64,000 nucleotides of DNA from Elusimicrobiota bacterium (GCA_016722575.1 JADKIY010000001.1:704810-768809), one strand, 5' to 3'. Shown: positions 34,949 to 47,017, counted from the first letter of the stretch. Program-made: numbers and translations. Notes: a model not told the origin generated them from the sequence alone.

Positions 34949-35778
34949 GCCTCGTCCGGGCCCTGGGCGTTCTGCCGCCGGCCATGGGCCGCCGGATCGG
35001 CGCCGCCTTGGGAACGGCGTTGGGCGCCGTCGCGGGGAAACGCCGCCGACGGGCCGAGGAAAATATGCGCCTGGCCTTTCCCGAGGTCGGCGATTCCCAG
35101 CGGGCGGCTTGGGCCCGGGACCTCTGGCCCCAGCTCGGACGCGCCGCCTGGGAATTCGCGCGTTTGGCCCGCCTCTCTCCCGACGAATATCTCGCCGCCG
35201 TCGAGGTGCGCGGGCTGGACCGGGTCGTGGCGTCGGCGGCCGCGGGAAAGGGCGTGCTGCTCTTCACCGCCCACATCGGCAACTGGGAATACGCCACCCC
35301 CTTTCTGTCCTTGGCCGGCCTTCGCCTGGCCGCGATCGCGCGGCGCATCAAGAACCCTTTCGTGGACGCTCTGGTGACCCGGGTCCGGGCGCGCTTCAAC
35401 ACCCGGGTGATCCTTCACCGGGAAGCGGTCCGGGAATCCCTCCGGTGGTTGCGCTCCGGGGGCGTGCTGGGTCTCCTCTTCGACCAGCGCATCACCGAGG
35501 GGGGATTGTCGGTCCCGTTTTTTGGACGCCCGGCCCGCACGACGGGTCTTCCGGCGCTTCTGGCTCTTCGAGTCGGATGCCCGGTGCACCCCATCCATTC
35601 TTACCGGGAAAACGGCCGGTTGATCATCGAATGCGACCCGGCCTTGGACATCTCGACGGGTCCGCCGACCGAAGACAATCTCCGGGCGCTCATGGAGCAA
35701 ATGACGAAGGTGGTCGAAGGGTGGATCCGTCGTCATCCGTCCCAGTGGCTCTGGATTCACGACCGGTGGAAACCCTGA
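34882..35778 (+). CDS. Lipid A biosynthesis acyltransferase (LpxL/HtrB family)
   Basis: LFTAHIGNWE...GLLFDQR motif of lysophospholipid/lipid-A acyltransferases. Start is ambiguous (ATG 34882 or GTG 34897) and overlaps the lpxK 3' end. Confidence 0.78.
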   Translation: MGGHGVDDGRRFRYRLESLGVLGLVRALGVLPPAMGRRIGAALGTALGAVAGKRRRRAEENMRLAFPEVGDSQRAAWARDLWPQLGRAAWEFARLARLSPDEYLAAVEVRGLDRVVASAAAGKGVLLFTAHIGNWEYATPFLSLAGLRLAAIARRIKNPFVDALVTRVRARFNTRVILHREAVRESLRWLRSGGVLGLLFDQRITEGGLSVPFFGRPARTTGLPALLALRVGCPVHPIHSYRENGRLIIECDPALDISTGPPTEDNLRALMEQMTKVVEGWIRRHPSQWLWIHDRWKP

Positions 35779-35819
35779 GACGGCGCCAATGAACCCGTCG
35801 GCCCCGAATGATATGATCC

Positions 35820-36971
35820 ATGGTTGAACGGCGTTTAAAAATCGCCGTCGCCGCCCGCAACGCCGCCGGGTTGTCGGGGGCCTCGACCCTCCTGTGGGAG
35901 GAAACCCGCCGCCTGGCCGCCCTCGGGCACGACGTTCACGTTTTCGCCGAGCGGGTGGACGACGCCCGTTTCGTCGGCGGCGGGGTCCGCGCGGTTCGCG
36001 TGGCCCGGTGGCCCTGGGGGAGCCGCCTTAAGCGGCGGTGGTTCGCCGGCCGGGTGGGGCGCGCCGTCCGCCGGGGCGGATTTGACCTGGTTCACGGCCA
36101 CGGGGACCTTCTGAATCAGGACGTGCTCAGCCTTCACAACTGCGTCCACACGGCGCACGAACGGGTGTACGGGGCTCCCCTCCCGTCGGGGTCCGGCGTC
36201 GGGTGGATGCACGAACGTCAACTGCGCGGGCGGCGGTTTCGCCTTTTGATCGCCAACTCCCGCCTCATGAAAAACGACGTGGAAAAGCGGTTCGGCGTTC
36301 CGCCGGGGCGGATCCGGGTGGTTTACCCCGGGGTCGACCCCGCCCGTTTTCGCCCCGAGGACCGGGGGGTTTGGCGGGAGGCTCAGCGGCGCCGATGGGC
36401 GGTGGGCGAAGGGGACGTGGTCGTGGGCCTCGTCACCTCCGGGGATTTCGAGAAGAGGGGGCTGCCCATTTTCCTGCGCGCGTTGGCCCAATTGCCGACG
36501 GAGGTCCAAGGTCGTGTGCGGGCGGTGGTGGTGGGGAAAGAAACCCGTCCCGGTCCTTATTTGGATTTGGTTCGGTCCCTCGGCTTGGGCGACCGGGTGC
36601 AATTTGAATCGCCCCAGGTTCACGTCGAAGCCCTCTACCACGCGCTCGACGTCTACGTCCACCCGGCGCCCTTCGAGGAATTCGGCATGAGCGTTCAAGA
36701 GGCCATGGCCTGCGGCGTCCCGGTGCTGACGAGCCGCCGGGTGGGGGCGGCGGAACTCTGGCCGGCCGCGTGGGACGACTGGTTGGCCGACGAGCCGGAC
36801 GCCCCGGGGCTTTCCGCCCGTTTGGCCGCCTTGGCGAAGGACGCCTCCCTCCGCCGGTCCCTGGGCGCCGCCCTGCCGTCCGCGGTTCGCGGCAACGATT
36901 GGGACGCGCATTTTCTGAAATTGCGGGCGTGTTACGACGAGACCTTGGACCTCGTCGGTCGCCCCGAATGA
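35820..36971 (+). CDS. Glycosyltransferase family 4 (GT4)
   Basis: EEFGMSVQEAMACGVPVLTSRRVGAAE GT4 signature. ATG start. Confidence 0.8.
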   Translation: MVERRLKIAVAARNAAGLSGASTLLWEETRRLAALGHDVHVFAERVDDARFVGGGVRAVRVARWPWGSRLKRRWFAGRVGRAVRRGGFDLVHGHGDLLNQDVLSLHNCVHTAHERVYGAPLPSGSGVGWMHERQLRGRRFRLLIANSRLMKNDVEKRFGVPPGRIRVVYPGVDPARFRPEDRGVWREAQRRRWAVGEGDVVVGLVTSGDFEKRGLPIFLRALAQLPTEVQGRVRAVVVGKETRPGPYLDLVRSLGLGDRVQFESPQVHVEALYHALDVYVHPAPFEEFGMSVQEAMACGVPVLTSRRVGAAELWPAAWDDWLADEPDAPGLSARLAALAKDASLRRSLGAALPSAVRGNDWDAHFLKLRACYDETLDLVGRPE

Positions 36972-36987
36972 ACAACGGAGTACGCCC

Positions 36988-38085
36988 ATGATCGGTTCCC
37001 CCATCGGGATCGCGGTTCGCGATTTGGCCTCCAGCGGCGGGCGCGCCGCCCTGGAATTGGCCCGCCGGCTCTCGCCCAACGGGTACGAGCCGCGCCTCGC
37101 CGTCCACCGGCTCGGGAACGAACCGACCGAGGCGTCGGACGGACGATCGGTCGAGGTGTCGACCGTCGCGGAATGGCCCCTTTCGTCGTGGTTGGCGGCG
37201 TACAGTTTTGATCGGAGCGCCCGGGCGCGCCTCCGCCGGTGCGACGCCCAATTGATCCACGGGTACGGGGGTTTGGTCGTTCAGGATCTGTTGACCCTTC
37301 CCACGCTGGAGCGGCTCCGCCAGCGCCACGTGCCGGGGGCGCCGCCGCCGTCGTCGGGGATCGGTTACCTTCGGCGGTTGCAGTTGGGCCCCGGGGGCGC
37401 CCGGGCCGTGACGGTGTTTTCCGAAATGGCCCGCCGCGATTTGGCGGAGGTCTACGAGGTGCCGTTGACGTCCGTTCGCGCGATTGCGCCCGGCGTGGAT
37501 TCGAGGCGTTTTCGGCCCGACGACCGGGGGCCCAGCCGGTTTACCCTGTTTCGGGTCTCGGGGTGGACGGACCACTACAAGATCGTTTTGGCCGTCGTGA
37601 CGGACGACCCCGCCACCCAGGATTTCTCGCTCCTGGCCCGGGCCGTGGACTTGTTGGCGGACCGTGTGCCGTCGGCTCTTTGCGTCCTGGGGCGGGTCGA
37701 TTTGTCGAAAAATCCGGCGGTTCAGCATCTCGCCCGGCGCGGGCGGTTTTTCCAGGTGCCGGCCACCCAGCACGTTGAAAAATATTTTGTCGCCGCCGAC
37801 GTCTACGCCCTCCCGGCCCATTACGAGGAATTCGGATTGCCGGTCCTGGAGTCCCTGTCGTCCGGGACCCCCGTGGTCGTGAGCGGAAGGACCGGCGCCA
37901 AAGAAGTGGTGTCGAACGGGACCGACGGCATCGTCGTCGACGATATGCAGGACCCGAACGTCTGGGCCATGGCGTTGGAGCGCGCCTGGTCCCTGGACCG
38001 GACGGTGTGCCGCCGTTCCGCCGAAACCCGCCCCTGGGACGCCCACGTGGCCGCGATCGTTCAGCTTTACCGAGGGCTGATGTGA
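36988..38085 (+). CDS. Glycosyltransferase family 4 (GT4)
   Basis: YEEFGLPVLESLSSGTPVVVSGRTGAKEVV GT4 signature. GGAG ribosome-binding site 8 nt upstream of the ATG. Confidence 0.8.
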   Translation: MIGSPIGIAVRDLASSGGRAALELARRLSPNGYEPRLAVHRLGNEPTEASDGRSVEVSTVAEWPLSSWLAAYSFDRSARARLRRCDAQLIHGYGGLVVQDLLTLPTLERLRQRHVPGAPPPSSGIGYLRRLQLGPGGARAVTVFSEMARRDLAEVYEVPLTSVRAIAPGVDSRRFRPDDRGPSRFTLFRVSGWTDHYKIVLAVVTDDPATQDFSLLARAVDLLADRVPSALCVLGRVDLSKNPAVQHLARRGRFFQVPATQHVEKYFVAADVYALPAHYEEFGLPVLESLSSGTPVVVSGRTGAKEVVSNGTDGIVVDDMQDPNVWAMALERAWSLDRTVCRRSAETRPWDAHVAAIVQLYRGLM

Positions 38086-39296
38086 CCCCCCGGCCCGCGG
38101 ACGGCGCCGCCTTTTGGCTGGAGCGGGGGCGGTCCTGGGCCCTGGCGGCCCTGGCGCTGGCCCTTCCCCTTTCGTTGGCGGGCGCCAACGCGTGCTGGGC
38201 CCTGGCCCTGGCCTGCTGGTTGGGCCTTTTGGTGGTCGACCCCGCGGCTCGGCGGTTTCGCCCCACGGGATTGGAAATCCCTTGGCTCCTTTATTTGGCG
38301 GTGGAAGTCGCCACCGCGCTTTGGTCGGACCGCCCCGTCCACAGCTTGGGCAAGGTGAAAAGCGAAATTTTGTTCGTGGTGTTTTTGCTTTACGCCCAGG
38401 CGCCCGCGGAGCGGCGCCGCCACCTGGGTTTGTTTCTTCTGGGGGCGGGAATCGCCGCGGCCTTGGGGCTGGTTCAGAAAAGCCTCGGCTGGACGTCCGA
38501 GGGGCTCCACGGGGTCGCCCGCCTGCTCGACACCCACCGGGGGCGGGCCCAGGGGTTTTACAGCAATCCGATCACCTACGCGGAGATGCTCCTTTTCGCC
38601 ATATTCCTTTCCTTGTCCCGCCGTCGGGCGAGCGGCGCCGGTTCCGCGGCCTGGCCTTGGGGGGTTTTCGTCTTGGCCGTGGCCGCGGCCGCGGCCAGCG
38701 CCACCCGGGCGGTGTGGTTGGCCGGGCCGCTGGCGTTGGGGGGGTGGGCTTTTTGGCGGAGAGATCGACGGGTGGCCCTGGCCTTGGGGGCGGTTCTCCT
38801 GGGCGCGGGCGTCACCGGGTTTGCGTCGCCGGCTTTTCGCGCCCGGGCCGCCAGCATCACGGACGCCCGGACCGACACGTCCCATTTGATCCGAAAGGGC
38901 GTCTGGGTCCGTTGCGCGGAATTGATTCGCCAACATCCCGGACGCGGGGTGGGCATCGGGAACCTGCACATCGCCGGCCGCGACCTGCCCTGGGGCGGGG
39001 CAAGCCCGGATTCGGATTGGACGGAAGCCCACAACATATATCTTCAAATGGCGGTGGAGCGCGGGGTGCCGGGATTTCTGGTTTTTCTCGCTTTGCTGGT
39101 CGTCTATTGGCGTTTCCTTGTTAAAGCGGCGGCCGCCGATCCGGAGTTGGACGGATTGCTTTTCGGGTTTTTGGCGCTTTGTCTGGCGGGTTTGACCGAA
39201 TCGTGGACCCACGACTCGGAAGTGGTCCTGTGCCTATATATGTTGCTGGGGGTGGCGGCGGCCCGTCCTCGGGTCCCGCCCGTCGGGGGAATTTAG
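38082..39296 (+). CDS. O-antigen ligase (Wzy_C) family polytopic membrane protein
   Basis: About 10 predicted TM helices and a Wzy_C-like loop (AHNIYLQMAVERGVPGFLVFL). GTG start overlaps the upstream stop (GTGA). The longer track ORF from 38007 would overlap the upstream GT4 gene. Confidence 0.72.
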   Translation: MTPRPADGAAFWLERGRSWALAALALALPLSLAGANACWALALACWLGLLVVDPAARRFRPTGLEIPWLLYLAVEVATALWSDRPVHSLGKVKSEILFVVFLLYAQAPAERRRHLGLFLLGAGIAAALGLVQKSLGWTSEGLHGVARLLDTHRGRAQGFYSNPITYAEMLLFAIFLSLSRRRASGAGSAAWPWGVFVLAVAAAAASATRAVWLAGPLALGGWAFWRRDRRVALALGAVLLGAGVTGFASPAFRARAASITDARTDTSHLIRKGVWVRCAELIRQHPGRGVGIGNLHIAGRDLPWGGASPDSDWTEAHNIYLQMAVERGVPGFLVFLALLVVYWRFLVKAAAADPELDGLLFGFLALCLAGLTESWTHDSEVVLCLYMLLGVAAARPRVPPVGGI

Positions 39297-39423
39297 AACG
39301 GGTTTCGCAAATCCCCTGGGAGCCGCCAACGCGGCTTTCGGCCGGCGCGGCTCGAAATTCGTATTCCCGTTCCGAGTGGATTTTCGGAACCGGTTCTAAT
39401 AAAATGCGTTTAAGGAGACTTGA

Positions 39424-39978
39424 GTGATTGCACGTTTTCGCGTGTTCATGGGTTTTATCGCCGGAGCGTTGTTCCTGTTCCTCTCCCACGCCGGGGGTTG
39501 GCCCCGCGTGGCGCTCGGGCTGGCGATCGCCTTCGGGGGGTTGTTCCTTCGCGGGCGGGCCGCCGGTTATTTGGAAAAAGGAAAACGTCTGGCCCAGGAC
39601 GGTCCCTACGCCTGGATCCGCCACCCTCTCTACGCCGGAAGCTTCCTGATGGCCCTGGGTTTCACCGTGGCGGGCACCTCCTCGTACTGGCCCGTGCACG
39701 GATGGATCCTCTGGGCGGTCTTTTTGACTCTTTTTGTCGGCATTTACCCGCGGCGCATTAAAGAAGAGGAAGCGTCTCTGGAGAAATATTTCGGCGACGC
39801 TTGGCGGCAATTCACCTCTCGGAACCGGCGGTTCCTGCCCCGCTGTTCCCCCGTCCGCCGCGAAAACCCCGACCGCTTCGAGTGGGCGCGCTACCGCAAA
39901 AACAAGGAACACAACGCCGCTTTGGGGTGGTTGGCCGGGGTGGCCGTGGTGCTGATTAAAGGGGCGTTGAATGGCTGA
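39424..39978 (+). CDS. Isoprenylcysteine carboxyl methyltransferase (ICMT/PEMT) family membrane protein
   Basis: GPYAWIRHPLYAGSFL motif. AAGGAG ribosome-binding site 6 nt upstream of the GTG start. Confidence 0.7.
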   Translation: MIARFRVFMGFIAGALFLFLSHAGGWPRVALGLAIAFGGLFLRGRAAGYLEKGKRLAQDGPYAWIRHPLYAGSFLMALGFTVAGTSSYWPVHGWILWAVFLTLFVGIYPRRIKEEEASLEKYFGDAWRQFTSRNRRFLPRCSPVRRENPDRFEWARYRKNKEHNAALGWLAGVAVVLIKGALNG

Positions 39979-40825
39979 GCGGGGGGCGGCGGTCCTCGCC
40001 GCGCTCCTGTTCCTCGGCCTCGGGACGGCCGCCGCCGAGGGGGCGCCCGCGGCGGCCCCGGCTCCTTTTGTTTGGCGGCAGAAGCCCAACACGGTTTTCG
40101 CCGTTGGCGAATCCATCGTTTACGCCATTAAATACGGCATCGTGCCCGCCGGCACCGCCCGCTTGGACGTTCGCGCCGAAGAAAAGATCAACGGCCGATC
40201 CGCTTACCGCTTGGAATGCGTGGCCCGCAGCAACGCCGCCATGGACGCTGTTTTTAAGGTACGGGACCGCAACGAATCCTGGTTGGACCGGGAAAGCCTT
40301 TGCTCCCTCCGCTTTCGCCAGGACATGCGGGAGGGGCTTTTCAAGCGCAAAGTCGAAACCGCCTACGATCCGGTCACCGGCCGCTTCCTTTACCGAAAAT
40401 GGCGGAAGGGCAAGGAGTTTGTTTACGACGGCCCGTCCCCCACCTACACGCAGGACGTCCTTTCCAGCCTCTATTACCTCCGCACCTGCGATTTGATCGT
40501 CGGGGAATCCGTGTTGGTGGACGCCAATTCGGGAAGCAACAACTGGACGCTGCGGGTCCACGTGATCGCGCGGGAAACCGTCGAGGTGCCCGCGGGCCGG
40601 TTTGTCTGCCTGAAATTGGAGCCCGTGTTGGCCGGCGACGGATTGTTTCGTTCCAAAGGGCGGCTCGAAGTGTGGGTGACCGCCGACGCGCGGCGCGTCC
40701 CGGTCCTCCTTCGTTCCCGGGTGACCGTGGGCGCTTTCGACGCCGAAATGGCGGAATACACGCCGGGGGGCGGCGAAGTGCCGACGGTCGCCGGCGCGAC
40801 CAGCGTTCAAACCCTTCGACCCTAG
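39971..40825 (+). CDS. DUF3108 domain-containing protein
   Basis: Signal peptide, then sequence typical of DUF3108 family proteins. ATG overlaps the ICMT stop. Confidence 0.65.
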   Translation: MAERGAAVLAALLFLGLGTAAAEGAPAAAPAPFVWRQKPNTVFAVGESIVYAIKYGIVPAGTARLDVRAEEKINGRSAYRLECVARSNAAMDAVFKVRDRNESWLDRESLCSLRFRQDMREGLFKRKVETAYDPVTGRFLYRKWRKGKEFVYDGPSPTYTQDVLSSLYYLRTCDLIVGESVLVDANSGSNNWTLRVHVIARETVEVPAGRFVCLKLEPVLAGDGLFRSKGRLEVWVTADARRVPVLLRSRVTVGAFDAEMAEYTPGGGEVPTVAGATSVQTLRP

Positions 40826-40840
40826 ACGCCGCGGGCGATG

Positions 40841-40849
40841 TGGTATAAT
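40841..40849 (+). promoter_or_regulatory. Extended -10 promoter element TGgTATAAT upstream of the hldE-kinase/kdsB/pyrG genes
   Basis: Perfect TATAAT hexamer with an upstream TGn, about 70-100 nt before the candidate starts of the next gene. Confidence 0.35.
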
Positions 40850-40918
40850 TCCGTCGTCCCACACACCGTTGGTTCGGCCCTTTAGGATTTTACGCGTGAT
40901 CAACCCGTTGTCCTCCCA

Positions 40919-41928
40919 TTGCCTTCCCCGTCGCACGGACCGACCGTGACACCCCCCCTTCTCTCCCGGGTCGCCCGTTTTTCCGGCATGCCCGTTTTGG
41001 TCGTCGGCGATTTGATGGTGGACCGGTTTCTTCGGGGGGCGGTGCATCGCCTGTCGCCCGAGGCGCCGGTGCCCGTCGTTGATGTGCGGGAGGACAAGTC
41101 CATGCCCGGCGGCGCCGGCAACGTGGCCGCCAACATCGCCGCCCTCGGCGGCCGGCCTTTGCTGGTGTCGGTCGTCGGGGAAGATCCCGAGGGCGACCGC
41201 CTGGTGGACGCTCTGCGCGCCGTCCGGGTGGACGTGGACGGCGTGGTGGCCGACGCCCACCGCCCCACCATCGTCAAAACCCGGGTGATCGCCGGGCACC
41301 AGCAAGTGGTCCGCTTCGATCGGGAAGACCGTGCGCCGTTGGCCCCCGCCGTGCTAAACCGTTTGTTGGAACGAATCCGGGAGAAAATGACCACGGCCCG
41401 GGCCGTCATCCTTTCGGATTACGGGAAAGGCGTTATCGGGCCCCGGCTCTTGAAGGCGGTCCTGACCCTCGCCCATCGGCAAAAAAAATTCGTCACGGTC
41501 GATCCGAAGGTCGAACATTTTCTGCGTTATCGGCGGGTCGATTGCATCACCCCCAACCTCAAAGAAGCCACCGAAGGCCTCCGAGGCCTGCCCCCCAAAA
41601 ACGACGGCGAGGTGGACGCCCTGGGCCGGCGCATTCTTCGTCGCCTCCGCTGCCATTCCGTTTTGATCACCCGCGGCGAGCGCGGCATGAGCCTTTACCG
41701 GGAGGGGAAGCCGCCCCTGCACATCCCTTCCGAAGCGCGCGAAGTCTTCGACGTCACCGGCGCGGGCGACACGGTGATTTCCACCTTGAGCCTGGCCCTG
41801 GCGGCCGGCGCGAATCTCGAAGACGCCGCGCGCTTGTCCAACGCCGCGGCCGGGGTTGTGGTCGGCAAGCTCGGCACGGCCACGGTGTCCCCCGCGGAGT
41901 TGATCGCGGCGCTGAAGGCGCGGCGCCC

Positions 41929-41932
<4 letters not shown>
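40919..41932 (+). CDS. D-glycero-beta-D-manno-heptose-7-phosphate kinase (RfaE/HldE domain I, PfkB family). No domain-II adenylyltransferase is present
   Basis: VLVVGDLMVDRF...SPEAPVPVV...PGGAGNVAANIAALGG matches the HldE N-terminal kinase domain. Start is ambiguous (TTG 40919, GTG 40946 or ATG 40988). Confidence 0.8.
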
Positions 41933-44285
<2,353 letters not shown>

Positions 44286-44894
44286 ATGCGTCGTCGGGTT
44301 CGACGGTGGTTTCGCCCCGTCGGCCTCTACGCGTTGGGTCTTCTGTGGGGGGCCGCGCTGTTGGTGGCGGTTCGTCGACACCTCGACGCCGATCGCCGCT
44401 CCCGTTGGCGGTCCGACGGCCTCCGCGCTCTCGCGCTCGCGGCCGCCGGCTTGGGCGATCCGGGCCTCCCCCCGTCTTTCCGGTCGACGCGGGTCCGCCG
44501 TCTTTCCGGCGAACCGGACACCCGCTTCGCCGCGCTTTGGACGGCCGCGGGAGATCCGGTCGTCGTTTTCGGGCCGGCGCCTTGTTCCCGCGCGCCCGCC
44601 GCGTGGACGGACGGAAGCGCCGACCGCCTCGAAGAGGACCCCGGGGACTCCACGGCGAGCGTGTTCCTGTCGCCTCTCTGGCGGGAGGGGAAAAAAGCGG
44701 GGGTCCTCTCCTGGGGCCGGTGGCGCCCCCTCCCGGGGGCGGCCGGGGAGGCCGAGGGTCGGGCCCTGTGGGCGGCCTTCCTTTGGTGGGCCGCGGCGGG
44801 CGCTTTGGGGATTTGGGGAATCGGCCGTCGTCGGACCTTGGTCAAATCACGGCCGGCGGTCGCCCCCCTGGACAATCCCCCGTTTGAGGGGTAG
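44286..44894 (+). CDS. Hypothetical membrane protein with N- and C-terminal hydrophobic segments
   Basis: ATG lies directly after the pyrG TAA. High-GC3 codon pattern. No recognisable family. Confidence 0.4.
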   Translation: MRRRVRRWFRPVGLYALGLLWGAALLVAVRRHLDADRRSRWRSDGLRALALAAAGLGDPGLPPSFRSTRVRRLSGEPDTRFAALWTAAGDPVVVFGPAPCSRAPAAWTDGSADRLEEDPGDSTASVFLSPLWREGKKAGVLSWGRWRPLPGAAGEAEGRALWAAFLWWAAAGALGIWGIGRRRTLVKSRPAVAPLDNPPFEG

Positions 44895-44977
44895 ATATGG
44901 AGGAAGGACGTTCGCGTTTTGGGCGAACGGCGCGTCCCGGTGACCGTGCCCGGGGCGACAACAGGAGGTAGCGCTTC

Positions 44978-46795
44978 ATGGCCACCCGTGGCAACATCGG
45001 CCGAAAACAGGCCAAAGAAATTTTGTTCGAAGCGCGCCTGGTCAACGCCGACGGTTTGGCGGCGGCGGAAAAAGAAACCCTGAAGTCCGACCGCCCCCTT
45101 CAGCAAGTCGTGGTCGATTTAAAATTGGCCGACAAAGTGGACGTGCTCCAGGCGCTCTCCCGGGAGTGGCGCACCAAAGCCGTCGACTTGGCCGAGATGG
45201 AAATCGATCCCGAAGTCGTCCGCATCCTTCCCGAATCCTCCGCCCGCAAAAGCCTCGTGCTCCCCTTCGCCAAGGAAGATCAGGTCCTGCTGGTGGCCAT
45301 GGCCGATCCCCGGGACTTTTTGGTTTCCGAGGACATCCACCTTCGAACGGGCCTGGAAGTCCAGCGCTATCTGGCCATGCCCGAGGACATCCTCAAGGAA
45401 TTGGACAAAGTCTACGGCGTGGGCGCCGCGGGCAAAGCCGAAGAACTGCTCAAGTCCGTCACCGATTCCGCGATTCCGGAGGGCGAAGGGTTGGAGCGGG
45501 TGCAGGAGAAGTCCGACGTTACCGAGGTCGACGCCTCCGCCCCCGAAGTCGAGAAGATCGTCAACGCCATCATCTTGTCGGCGTTGCAAATGAAGGCCTC
45601 CGACATTCACGTCGAACCGTTTGAAGACCCCGCCGGGAAGCACTCTAAAATCCTGGTGCGGTTCCGGGTGGACGGCTTTTTGCGCATGGCGAATTTTCAA
45701 GTGCCTTGGATGTACCGCGCCGCCGTCATGGCCAAGATCAAAATCATGACCAACAGCATGAACATCACCGAGCGGCGCATCCCGCAATCCGGGCGCATCC
45801 AGGTCATGGCGAAAGGAAGCCCCATCGAGTTCCGCGTTGAAATCATCCCCACGGTCTATGGCGAAGCCTGCGTCATGCGTATTTTGGACCGAAAAGCGGT
45901 CCAAGTGGACATTCAACGCTTGGGGTTCTACCCGGAAACCTTGGACAAATTTCTGGGTCTTCTGAAGGGCGTCGGGGGCAAAAAGAACTTCGGCATTGTC
46001 ATTGTTTGCGGTCCGACGGGGTCCGGCAAATCGACCACGCTGTACGCGGCGCTCAACCACATCAACCGGCCGGACATCAAGATCCTGACCGCGGAAAACC
46101 CCGTCGAATACAACCTGGACGGCATCGTGCAGGTCCAAGTGAACCCCGACCTCCACATGGGGGAAGACAAGTGCTTCGACTTTGCCACCGCCCTGCGATC
46201 CTTTTTGCGGTTGGACCCCGACGTCATCATGGTCGGTGAAATCCGGGACCAGGAGACGGCCCACATCGCCATGGAAGCCGCCATGACCGGTCACTTGGTG
46301 TTCTCCACCATTCACACCAACGACGCGCCGTCGACGGTGGCCCGGTTGGTGGACATGGGCATTCCCTCCTTCATGGTGGCGAGCACGGTCAAATGCGTCT
46401 TGGCTCAGCGGCTTTGCCGCCGCGTTTGCGTCGATTGCAAAACCGCCCGGGCGCCGACGCCGGACGAAATTGAAGTCTACAAGACGGCCAATTTCCCCCT
46501 GCCCGCCAACGCCCAGCTTTATTACGGAAAAGGGTGTTCCACCTGCAACGATTCCGGGTTTAAAGGCCGGTGCGGTATTCACGAGCTGTTGGTGGTGGAC
46601 GATCCGGTCCGCGCCGCGGTGCTCAAAGACGTGAACGCCGACACGGTGCGGGAAGCGGCCACGGCGGTGTCCCCCCAGAAAATGCGGACCATCATTGCCG
46701 ACGGGCTGCAAAAGGCCTTGGACGGCATGACCACGGTCCGCGAGGTTCTGGGCGGCGCCAGCGAAGAAATCGAAGGGAAAGAAAAAAAGAAATAA
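44978..46795 (+). CDS. Type II/IV secretion system ATPase (PilB/GspE family) with N-terminal T2SSE_N/MshEN-like domains
   Basis: Walker A GPTGSGKSTT, Asp box, His box and tetracysteine motif (CRRVCVDCK ... CSTCNDSGFKGR). GGAGG ribosome-binding site upstream of the ATG. Confidence 0.85.
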   Translation: MATRGNIGRKQAKEILFEARLVNADGLAAAEKETLKSDRPLQQVVVDLKLADKVDVLQALSREWRTKAVDLAEMEIDPEVVRILPESSARKSLVLPFAKEDQVLLVAMADPRDFLVSEDIHLRTGLEVQRYLAMPEDILKELDKVYGVGAAGKAEELLKSVTDSAIPEGEGLERVQEKSDVTEVDASAPEVEKIVNAIILSALQMKASDIHVEPFEDPAGKHSKILVRFRVDGFLRMANFQVPWMYRAAVMAKIKIMTNSMNITERRIPQSGRIQVMAKGSPIEFRVEIIPTVYGEACVMRILDRKAVQVDIQRLGFYPETLDKFLGLLKGVGGKKNFGIVIVCGPTGSGKSTTLYAALNHINRPDIKILTAENPVEYNLDGIVQVQVNPDLHMGEDKCFDFATALRSFLRLDPDVIMVGEIRDQETAHIAMEAAMTGHLVFSTIHTNDAPSTVARLVDMGIPSFMVASTVKCVLAQRLCRRVCVDCKTARAPTPDEIEVYKTANFPLPANAQLYYGKGCSTCNDSGFKGRCGIHELLVVDDPVRAAVLKDVNADTVREAATAVSPQKMRTIIADGLQKALDGMTTVREVLGGASEEIEGKEKKK

Positions 46796-46811
46796 ATTCG
46801 CGTTGATTTCG

Positions 46812-46873
46812 GCGCCCGCGGGGTTTTCCCCAGTTTTGGTGGAAACCTGGCCGCGGGCGTTTTGGCTTTTTGG
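46812..46873 (+). terminator. Putative rho-independent terminator after the PilB-like gene
   Basis: Perfect 9-bp inverted repeat CGCCCGCGG ... CCGCGGGCG followed by TTTTGGCTTTTTGG. Confidence 0.45.
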
Positions 46874-46988
46874 GGGGGGCGAAGGACGACCGACCGTGCA
46901 CCCGGCGGGGACTCGTTTGCCCCCGTGGGCCTGGAGCGTTGCCGAAAATCCGGCGGCCAAGCGGAACAAACAGTAAAGACATGACGAA

Positions 46989-47017
46989 TTGAAAAAAAGT
47001 TTAAATATTAGTATTGT
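46989..47017 (+). promoter_or_regulatory. Sigma70-like promoter TTGAAA-17 nt-TATTGT upstream of mdh
   Basis: AT-rich island in otherwise GC-rich DNA, about 45 nt upstream of the mdh ATG, which has a GAGGGAGGG ribosome-binding site. Confidence 0.35.

Noticed and set aside
35835-39212. Large minus-strand ORFs (35835-37079, 36433-38046, 38067-39212)
   Set aside because: Antisense to the well-supported GT4, GT4 and O-antigen-ligase-like genes, with low-complexity translations.
44327-45106. 259-aa minus-strand ORF across the hypothetical gene and the pilB start
   Set aside because: Arg/Pro-rich antisense artefact. The plus-strand genes are translationally coupled to pyrG or have a strong ribosome-binding site.
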